DNA from: Dictyostelium discoideum
Taxonomy: Eukaryota
NCBI GenBank assembly: GCA_000004695.1
Contig: CM000152.2
Location: 4,576,001 to 4,640,000 of the forward strand
Direction: 5' to 3'
Length of the DNA: 64,000 nucleotides
Numbering within the stretch: the stretch's first letter is position 1; every line of letters starts with the position of its first letter. Below the pieces are notes generated by a model. It ran no database searches. It was not told the origin of the DNA and saw nothing but the letters and a program-made list of their open reading frames with translations. Below, piece by piece: positions 51,321 through 64,000 of the stretch. Both the position numbers and the translations under genes were made by a program.

Positions 51321-51624
51321 AAGTTTTTTTTTACTTTTTTTATTTATTTTTTTTTTTAACATTTATTAACTAAACGGATAAAGTAAATAAGTAATTAATA
51401 GGTTTATTTATGAATCTTTAATTTTTTAAAATAAAATTTTTATTTTGGTTTAGACAGAATTTTGATTATAGAGTTGTTTTTTAAAAAAAAATAATAATAG
51501 TATAAATAAAATATAAATTTAAAAAATAAAAAATAAAAAATAAATCAAATAAAAAAACAACTAAATTAAAATTTTAATTTTAGTTTATTTTATTTTTTTA
51601 ATTTTTAAAAAGTTATTTTATTTA

Positions 51625-53268
51625 TTATTTATTTCCAACACTAACAAGAGTATTTGGTCTAGATATTGATAAATGTTCAATTGATTTATCAAAATCACCA
51701 ACATAAATTGGTTCCCATTGACCAAAATAATCAATTTGTTGTTGATTTGTTAAATTTTTAATCCAATTTTGATTATGATCATCTTTATTATTTTGATTAT
51801 ACCATAGATTTTGATTATCTAAAACCACTTTAAATAAATCATCAACAGCTATTTTATGATGAACCTTAACATTATCAGTTAATAAATGTAAACCAGGATT
51901 TGTATTTACCTCCAATAGCATTGGTTCCATTTGATCATTCAATAAAATATCGAAACCTAATAATTCAAAAGAACCTTTATTATGACCATTTCTTGGCCAA
52001 CTTTTAATGGTTGTAATCACTAATTTCTTAATTTTTTCATTTAATTCATTTTCCCATTGAACTTTGTTTTCACTATCAGCTGATAAATAATCTTTAAATT
52101 GTGACAATGACCATTGATTACTAACTTTTGACCATTTATTTTTATCTTTTGAAAAATCTTTTTGAACTTGATAATTACTAAGATGGACGAATCTATCATT
52201 TAAATCATCATTTGAATACTCTATTGAACAGAATCTAAGATAACATTCTCTAAATTTAAAAATTATTAACGGATTTAAACTCTTTACCAAAACAAATTGT
52301 CTAATATCAAACTTTGTATTTTCAATGGTATATGGTGATTCAATATATTTTTGTACAATAAATTCATCATTTCCTTGTGCTGAATATTCAAGTAATAAAT
52401 TTAAATCATCAAAAATTCTAATACCAACTCCTCTTGCATTTGCACTTGGTTTACAAATCCAAATATTTTTATTACCATCAATATGATTTTGAATTGGATA
52501 AATTATTAATTCTTCTTTATCATTTTCTAATATTATTTCTTTTTCATTGGTTGTTGTTGTTGTTGTTGTTGAAATTATATTTTCACCATAATGATTATTA
52601 AAATTTAATAATTCATCATTTGAAATTCCAACTAATTTTTCATTATTATTTTTAATTTTATTATTATTATTATTATTATTTTTTAATCTATTGAAATCCT
52701 TTATAAATGCTTTCTTTTCTAATGGGTTTGATAAAATATATGATCTTGGGAATATTTTAGAAATTTCATCTTTTAATTCTTTATCTCCATTTTGATATAA
52801 TTTATTCATATTTTTTGTTAAACCTGATTTTGATCCAATTTCATCATGATTTATAAAATGATTTACAATTTGATCTTTATTTCTTACTCCTAACATTTCC
52901 CAACACCAACTCCATTTAATATCAAATCCTCTTTTTTTAATTATTATTAATATTAATTTTTATTTTATCTTTATATATTATAATAATTAATATATTTACC
53001 TTGATATTGATTTACTTTCAGCATAACCTCTTTGAATTAAAGCCTCTCTAATTAATGTATGATTTGACGAAATTTGATCAATTTTAAATATCTTTTTTCT
53101 ATTCCTAATTGACTCTTTAATCTTTTCAAGATCAAAAGAATTTTGTGAATCCGGTTGTTTGGTGGTAGCAGTTAAAGTTTCAACCACATCTTCATTGATA
53201 TCAGTTGAACTATTAATAAAAGTACAAATAAATAATATAAAAACAATTAACACCACTAATTTCATCAT
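51625..53268 (-). CDS. Tubulin-tyrosine-ligase-like (TTL/TTLL family) protein (~524 aa) with hydrophobic N-terminus; complement(join(51625..52930,53000..53268))
   Basis: TTL core 'KNIWICKPSANARGVGIRIF…FIVQKYIESPYTIENTKFDIRQFVLV…FKFRECYLRFCSIEYS' and 'FELLGFDILLNDQMEPMLLEVNTNPG'. Exon 1 'MMKLVVLIVFILFIC…LIREALIQRGYAESKSIS' is followed by the donor AG|GTAAAT, then a 69-nt intron ending …AAAAAAAG. Exon 2 continues in phase as 'A GGA TTT GAT ATT AAA TGG…'. Confidence 0.65.
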
Positions 53269-53487
53269 TGTCGGCTTTTAATAAAATAATATCTTTTTTT
53301 TTTTAAAAATAATTTTAATTTTTTTTTTTTTTGATTTGTATTGGGATTTTTTTTTTTTTTCACCACCAACCACCATTTTTCATGAATAAAAAAAAAAAAA
53401 AAAGATATTTTTATAAATAAATAAATAAATAAAAAAAAAAAAGATATTTGTATAATATTTTATTTTTATTATTTTTTTTTTATATAA

Positions 53488-53965
53488 TTAATTAGTTTCA
53501 TCATCATTTGTATCGCTAAAATATTCTTCAGAAGATGAAGATTGTTCTTCAAATGGTTGATTATCGAAATCATCTTGATCATTTTCATAATCAGTAAAAG
53601 TTGATTCTGGTGATTGAGGTGGTTCAATACCAACATCACTCATTAATTGTACAACCTTTTCTATTGTTGAAACTAAAATTTGTTTTTGTTCAATTCTATA
53701 TTGTAATACCATTTTCATTTGTTCTGATGATTGAAGATCAATTTCACTATTTGATGAATTATCATTTTCATCATCACTATCATTAGTATTATTTTTATTA
53801 TTATCATTATCATTACCACTACAACTATCATTTCTTTGTTTCTTTTTCTTTTGTTCATTATTACTAGTATTATTAAAATCTTTATTACTATTATTTTCGG
53901 TATTATTATTATTATTATCTAATGATAAATTATCAATATCATTTTCATTGTTATTTTCACCACCT

Positions 53966-54026
<61 letters not shown>

Positions 54027-57000
54027 TACTATTACTATTACTACTACTATTATTATTCATTGAATCTAATAAATGTTGATCTTCAATAAAAGTTGAAGAG
54101 AAATTTTTTAAAAGTGATAAACCTAATTGATATAAAGTTTGTAATACTGTTGATTCATTTCTTAGATTAATTGGATTCCAAATATCAATGAATGGATTAA
54201 ATTCTTTTTGAGTTAAAAGGATTACACGTAAACATGCGAAATTCTTTGAAGGTATTCTATCTTTTCTAAGGAAATGAGAATCTGCAACTAAATTATTTTT
54301 TTCTAATAATCTATCTTTTGCATCTTTTAATTGTTTTTTCTCTCTTTTACTTAAAATTTCTTCACCATTTTCATCATATTGTTTAATTTCATCATATTCC
54401 TCTTCTTGTTCTTCTTTTTCTTTTTCTTCATCTTCTTCTTCTTGATCTTCTTCTAATTCATAACCAATATGAAGACTATCATAAATATTATTTGGTATAA
54501 TGAAACCATAATAAAGTGCTAATTCCCAATTTTGAAGTGCACCATAATGTAAAAATATTTGATTATTTGCAGGAATATTACATGAGGAGATCATTTTAAA
54601 AGATTGACTATCATGATCAAAGAATCTTTCAGAGATTTGAGCATTTGTATGATGATTAATCATATCAGCCATTGGTACTAAACAACTTTTAATTGAACCA
54701 TCAATTTTTAATTGAATAGCTCTACTATCCAATAAAGAACGTGCCCATAAGAAATTCTCCCAAGAGAATTGTGACTCTGGGAAAATATCAGGATATTGTT
54801 TTGATAACTCTGGGAATAAATAATCTCTAAATGAATTCAATTGTTGTTTAGTATGTAATGTCTCTTCAAACAAATTGGTACCTTCTAATTCCAACAACTC
54901 GGTTGCAGAGTAATGAATCGATGTTGTGAAATATGATGGCAATGTGTCATAGAATGGTCTCCAAAATGAGTTTGCATTCCCTTTTTCATAGATCACAAAT
55001 AGGAATAGTATAGTATCATCATTTAAATGAAGTTCTTCAAAGATTGGACCTAAAATTGGATGAGCTTTAGCCACATCAACATTGATTAAATATTTCTTTG
55101 GTACTACAACAACCGCTTCATTTTCATCGACTTTTTTCGTTGTAACAACACCTCTACCAGTTGAATCAGTGAAATTTGCAATTTGTAACTTTGGGAATTG
55201 AACACCACCTGCTTTCAGCCAATTTTCAAATCTTTTATAAACTTCATCTGAAGGTTTAATAAATGGTACTGATTTAATTGTTGGTTTTGAAAATTGATTC
55301 TTTAAATTTGATAATTGAATTAATGATCTTTCAATTATTGATAAATGAAATTTATAATATTTTTCAATTTCATTTAATAAATTATTATTAATTTTAAAAT
55401 TATTATTATTATTATTATTAATATTTAATGTATTTGAAATTTGATTTAATTTTTTAGTGATTTTAATTAAAATCATTGTAAATTCTTTTGATAAATAAAC
55501 CAAAGATTCCATTTCATTACGTAAATTAATCATTGTTGATAATTGATCATCTTCATAAAAATAACCTTCAGTTTCTCTTAATTTTGATAATCTTGTTAAT
55601 TCTAATAAATTAATACCTAAAATATTCTCTTGTGATAAATAATCTAAATAATAACCTTCTTTATTATTATTATTATTATTACTATTACTATTGTTATTAT
55701 TGTTATTGGTTTGTGATTTTTTAAAACTACTTGTACTATTATGAATTAATGTTGATGAATTTATTTCATTCTTTTGTTGTTGTTGTTGTTGTTGTTGTTG
55801 TTTTTGTAATTGTTGTTGTTGTTGTTTACCTAAATGATTATCTAAAATTGATTTTTTAACTTTCATTAATTTAATTTCTCTTTGTAATTCATCTTTATCA
55901 GTAAATAATTGTTCTAATTGATTAATTGGTTTAAATACTTGAATTTCAAATTTAATTGAACTCATTTCTTCTTCATCTAAAATTGTATAACCATAAAATA
56001 ATAATAACTCTTCATTACTATATAAATCGAATTGATAATCATCAATTAATGATTGAGAATCATCAAAACTATTACTACTTAAATATCTTAATAAACTATT
56101 TGAACTATTTTGTTTTGTTTTAGCTAAAACACTACTTTGTTGTTGTTGTTCAGTTTGTTGATTTTGTTTTATTCTTTTATTAAATTCAGAGATTGTAATG
56201 ATTTCAATATTTTCTAATTGAATTGGTGAATCTTTAAATAAAGCTGTATTTAAAACTGCAACTAATTCACTAAATGATTCATCATCATTCTCTAATGATG
56301 AAAGGAATAAATTTGAATGATTTCTAGGTGATGATAATAATGATGACGTTGTAGTGGTAGTAGTAGTAGTGGTGGTGGTGGTTGGTGAATCAGTTGATAT
56401 TGATATTGGTGATGTTTTATTATTTAATAAAGTTTTAATTTGTTTATAAATATTTGATTGAATTATATAATGTGGTAATGGTAAGAATGATTTAAAAGAA
56501 ATATTTGGTAATGTTACATTTACAATTGAAGCAACTCTAATATAATTATAAGATCTATATAAACATGATTCTAATTTATTATAGATTTTATCTGATTGTT
56601 CATTCTCTGATGTTTTAAATCCAATAAATGTAATAATCCATTTAAATACAACATCTAAATCTAATTTAATCTTATTAAATTCAAAATTTAAATCTAAATA
56701 ATTACATGTTGAACTATTATTATTATTATTATCATCATTATTATTATTATTTAAAACTATATTTTGAAATTCATTAAAATTTGTTATTGGAGTTGAAATG
56801 TTTATTAAATTTTGAATGATTTCAAAATAAGATAAAGTTGAAACTTTTGATGATGAAAAGTTTAAATTTGAAGATTTCTTTAAACTTGATCTTGTGGTAT
56901 TTGTTAATGATGGTTCAATGATTGAAGTTTGATAATATTCTGAAACCAAGAATAATAACATTACGAAATCATCAATTGATAATGATAGATTTGAGAATGT

Positions 57001-57507
57001 ATTTCTATTTTGATTAATAAATTCAATTATAACTTTAGTTAATTGCTCTGTAATTAATAATTTATGGTCGATTAAATCATTTAATGATGTAACTATTGGA
57101 TTAATGGTAGTGGTAGTGGTAGTGGTATTATTATTATTTAATGAATCTGGATAAAATGTTGATACTTTAAAGAATTGTAATAAAATATTTAATGATTGAT
57201 AAGATGCAAATGGGTGAAGTGGCATTAAATAACTTGGAATAATTGCTAATTCATCATCTTTTAACATATCTTCACGTGCATATCCTAATATAAATGGTGA
57301 AATTTGTGGAATAAAAATATTATTATTATTATTTGATGTTGTTAAAATATTTGTTTGATGTTGTTCAAAATATGATTGCATAGGTGGTGAAGAATCTAAT
57401 GGTGTATTAACTAAACTACTACTATTTGATAATGAAATTCTTTTTGAATTTAATTTCATTCCTTCTTTTTCTAATTCTCTTACAAGACAATCATCTGAAG
57501 AGTTCAT
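53488..57507 (-). CDS. SET-domain protein of the SETD3/SETD6/Rubisco-LSMT class (1339 aa), with a long low-complexity N-terminal extension and an acidic/Asn-rich C-terminus
   Basis: 'RFENWLKAGGVQFPKLQIANFTDSTGRGVVTTKKVDENEAVVVVPKKYLI…SCLVPMADMINHHTNAQI…IFLHYGALQNWELALYYGFIIPNN' matches the LSMT-type SET core followed by a substrate-binding-like region. Single uninterrupted ORF. Confidence 0.6.
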
Positions 57508-58452
57508 TTTTTTAAATTTTTTTGTTTTTTTTTTGTTTTTATTATTATTTATTTGTTAAATTTTTTTTTTTTTTTTGATATTTTTTTATTTTTTAAAATT
57601 ATTATTATTATTATTTTATTTAATTAGGATAAAATTGTTTTGAAAATAAAAAAATATAAAAAAAAAAATAATAATAATAAAAATAAATAAATAAATAAAT
57701 TATAATAAAAAAGAAAAGTAAAAACTAATAAGATAAAAAAAAAAAAAATATAAATAAAAAAAAATTATGACCACACAAAAAGCGAAAAATTTTTATTTTT
57801 TTTTTTGTTTTTTTTTATTTTTTTTTTTTATTTTTTTTTATTTTCAAAAAAAATTGTTTTTTTTTTTTTTTTTATGATTTACACCCCATCTCCCAAAAAC
57901 TATTTATAGATTTTTTTAAAAAAAAAAAAAAAAAAAAAGTATGAAATTGTATGGATTATTTATTCATTAACAAGATTCATTTAAAAATATTTTCAAACCA
58001 AAATAATAAAATAATCAAATAATTATTATGATTAATATAAAATCAAAAAAAAAAAAAAAAAAAAAGATATTGTTTTTTTTTTTTTTTTTTTTTTAATTTT
58101 TTCTTTATTTCTTTTTTTTTTTATTTTTTTCTTTATTTCTTTTTTTTTTTTTTTAATTTTTCTTTTATTTCTTGGGTAATTTCTTTGAAATAATTAAAAT
58201 ATATTATTTATTTTATCCTTTTTTTTTTTATTTTTTTATATTTTTTTTTTTTTTCCCTCGTTTAAATTTTAAAAAAAAAAAAATAAAAAAAAAAAAAAAA
58301 AAATGAAAATGAAAATTTTTTTTTTTATTTTCATTTTATTTTCTTTTTAGTTCACACATATATCGCACACACACACAATACACACCGAGAAGTATTTGTG
58401 CATATGAAATTAATAAGTTGCATAGTGATAGATATATGATTATCGTACGAAA

Positions 58453-59041
58453 ATGAACACATCAATATCATCACCTTATCAAAGACATATTCTTACATCA
58501 TCCAGTACTGGTAGTGGAAGTAATAAAAAACCAATGATGGTCAACGATTTAATGGATAATGATAATAATAATAATATAACCTCAAACTCTACCAATAAGA
58601 ATAATATTAATAATAAAAATATAAATAATAAAACAACAACAACAACAACACCACCAACATCATCATCAACAACAACATCAAATACACCATTATCAACAAC
58701 ACCAATAAAAAATATTGGTTTCAGTAGTGGTAGTGGTAGTGGTATTGGTAGTTTAAATAATATTAATAACAATAGTATCAATAATAATAATAATAATAAC
58801 AATAACAATAATAAAAATGTAGTAACATCAAATAGAAATACATTAAAGAGTGATACATTCCCAATGATATCAAGTAATTGGGAAAGTAATAAATATTTCG
58901 ATTATATTTATTTTAGGACATATTATACAAATCTTAAATCTAGACATTTCATATTAGTTAATCTCTTCATCTTATCATTATTATTATCTGCTTATTATTA
59001 TCTTTATTTATATTTTGATTCTATTAAACAATGTAAGTTTT

Positions 59042-59073
<32 letters not shown>

Positions 59074-59104
59074 TTTATAATTTAAACCTGTACTAATTTT
59101 AAAT

Positions 59105-59141
<37 letters not shown>

Positions 59142-59349
59142 TGACAATATGTTTTTTTATTATTATTTACCATTATCATGTTTAACATTTTTGATGGGAT
59201 ATACAATCTATAATATTCACCTTCATTTTAAACAAGTACCAGAGATTCAATTAACAGAAGATGAAAGAGTTTTATATGATTGGCCAAATAATTTCCCAAC
59301 TTCACCATTCTCACCATTATCACCTATTAAGCCATCGTCATCATCATTG

Positions 59350-59420
<71 letters not shown>

Positions 59421-60939
59421 TAATATTACAACACCATTAAAGAATAATACAGAGGATTTATCTTTTATTTCACCAATTCAAAAACAACAACAACAACAAC
59501 CAAATGATCAATATATATCATCATATAGTTCAATTAATCAATTTAAAAGTCAACAACAGCAATCACCAACATCATCACCAATGAATTCATCTAGATTTAA
59601 TAATAGTTTTAGTTATCAACAAGGTGAAGATAAATCATTTGAAGAATTAGAAAGAGATAGATTAAATTTTAATTTTAAAGGAAGATTACAATCAAATTTA
59701 ACAGATTTTAGTTTTGAACAACATCCATTTAAAGAAGATGATAAAAAGAAAAAGAAACAACAACAATCACAACAAATACAACAACAACAACAACAACAAG
59801 AACAAGAAGAATTTGGATATATTAGACAAAGTTTAACAAATGAATATCAATCAATGTCATCATTGAATAATACAACTGAACCAATTCATTATAATATTGT
59901 ACAAAAACCAATTACAACCAATGTTGATAATAATAGTTTGATTAATGTAAACAAACCAAAAACATTTCAACAAACTGTTGAACATAAAGTTTTACTTTGG
60001 AATCGATTCATTGAGGATAATCATTTCTATGCTATATCAGATTGTTCAACAAAATGCAAACGTTGGTTCACTTTGAATATCCTTTCACAATTGGTTGAAC
60101 CTGCTCAATTGTTTTTATCATTGAAGGAGGACACTCAACAACAACTTCAAGAGGAACATTCTAAACCATTCTCAAAACAATTACAACAATTACAATTACA
60201 ACAACAACTACAACAATCTCAATTATATCAACAACAATTACAACAATCACAATTCCAACAACAACCACAATTCCAACAATTACTTCAACAACAACCATTA
60301 TTACAATTTAGTCAAGATGAAATCATAAAATTAGATGAGATTAAAAATCTTTTAAAAAATATAACCTACAATTTAAATTTAATCAATGATGTTCATCATA
60401 AGAAAGAATCGATTTATATTTGTCAAAGAATCATTGAATTGTCACGTGATAAACATGTGTTTCATGATTTCAATAAAGGTGGTGAAAATTGGATTCCAAA
60501 CGAGTTGCCAACTGATGAGCAATTGTTGTTTTGTCTATTCTTGGCTTACATGGATTCAAAGTTGTATCGTGATGTCACTGCTCCCAATCCTGATATTCCT
60601 TTCTCTTCAAAGTATATCAAGCATGAACATAGCAAATATATCAATTACTACTCTGCTATGATAAGTGTAGTCTATAAAAGACCACTTCATTGTGATCTCT
60701 TAATACCAACAGCTTCTTCTCCATCTGCTCCACTTCAAATTTGTGATATCTCTCCTGGTTTCGATAATATTTTCTTTGCAATCGTTTTATTCTTTTATAA
60801 TGTCATTCAATATCAAAATGGTTATTTAGAAGATTATGATGTTAATTTATTAAATATTAAAAGTTTTGTTCAACCATTAATTAATAGTACTTTAAATAGT
60901 GAAAATAGTGATGATGATGATGATTATGAAAATTATTAA
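58453..60939 (+). CDS. Hypothetical protein (~792 aa): N/S/T-rich N-terminus, one predicted TM helix, Q-rich central region, conserved C-terminal domain of unknown function; join(58453..59032,59141..60939)
   Basis: Exon 1 ends '…TCT ATT AAA CAA T' followed by the GTAAGT donor. A 108-nt intron ends A29-G, then 'AT GAC AAT ATG TTT…' continues in phase 1 into listed ORF 59149..60939. TM candidate 'HFILVNLFILSLLLSAYYYLYLYF'. C-terminal block 'CQRIIELSRDKHVFHDFNKGGENWIPNELPTDEQLLFCLFLAYMDSKLY'. Confidence 0.5.
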
Positions 60940-61368
60940 ATAAAAAAAAACAAATAAAAAAAATAAAAAAAAAATAAAAAAATAAAAAACTAAAATTAAA
61001 AAATATCTTGAAAATAATAAAAAAATATCTTTTTTTTTTTTTTTCCCCCAATTTAACACATTTTTAAACAAATCAAAATTAAACTCGAAAAAAAAAAAAA
61101 CTCAAAAAAATAAAAATTTATTTTTCAAATAAAATTCTTCTTAAGATTCCTTCTCAGTGCATTTTTTTTTTTTTTTGTTTTGTTTTTTATTTTTTTATTT
61201 TTTTTTATTTTTTTATTTTTTTTTTTTTCAGTCCACATAGTTAATATTTGTTTAATTAGTTTTAAATAAATAATTAATTAAATTTGTAATATAGTAAAGT
61301 TTATAATTTTTTTTTTTTTTTAAAAAAAAATAAAAATAAAAATTATCTTTTTAAACAGATAGATCTAA

Positions 61369-61407
<39 letters not shown>

Positions 61408-61436
61408 AATATAACACATTAAAATTGAAAACAAAT

Positions 61437-61467
<31 letters not shown>

Positions 61468-61513
61468 TAAAAATAAAAATAAAAATAAATAATAAAATAA
61501 AATAAATAATAAA

Positions 61514-64000
<2,487 letters not shown>

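Overview
This window reads as nuclear DNA of a social amoeba, almost certainly Dictyostelium discoideum. Three signatures support that: very AT-rich intergenic and intron sequence, (AAT)n codon runs encoding poly-Asn inside many ORFs, and short AT-rich introns (GTAAGT…AG, about 70–160 nt).

Gene content, left to right:
- Retro-element remnants: the 3' end of a Ty3/gypsy-type pol (integrase C-terminus plus chromodomain), a TTTAAA-core minisatellite holding degenerate tRNA/B-box-like motifs, and a 5'-truncated TRE-type non-LTR ORF2 fragment.
- Two hypothetical minus-strand genes, one of them with a 5' intron.
- An 8-exon HEAT-repeat gene related to the PP2A scaffold A subunit.
- A recent tandem duplication of two full-size ABCG (PDR-type) transporter genes, each with 4 exons.
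- A large WD40/coiled-coil protein ending in a separately spliced zinc-finger exon.
- An NSDHL-type 3beta-hydroxysteroid dehydrogenase.
- A TMCO1 homolog.
- A convergent pair of tRNA-Leu(UAA) genes with external B boxes. They bracket a full-length TRE3-type non-LTR retrotransposon (ORF1 and ORF2 overlapping in TAATG, ending in A27) and a Cu/Zn superoxide dismutase gene that carries an apparent +1 frameshift.
- A secreted propeller-like protein and an Asn/His-rich protein.
- A roughly 1,780-aa vinculin/alpha-catenin family protein.
- A tubulin-tyrosine-ligase-like gene.
- A SET-domain (SETD3/6-like) protein, a TM/Q-rich protein, and an E/K/R-rich tandem-repeat coiled-coil protein that runs off the window.

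The most interesting non-coding signal is a candidate ncRNA at about 51.1–51.3 kb (+). It is a locally GC-richer, roughly 220-nt island with internal hairpins and complementary ends. A DUSE-like TCCCATAA box sits about 60 nt upstream and a T9 run follows it.

Exon boundaries were derived by hand from frame continuity and GT…AG context, and should be treated as approximate (±few nt) where noted.
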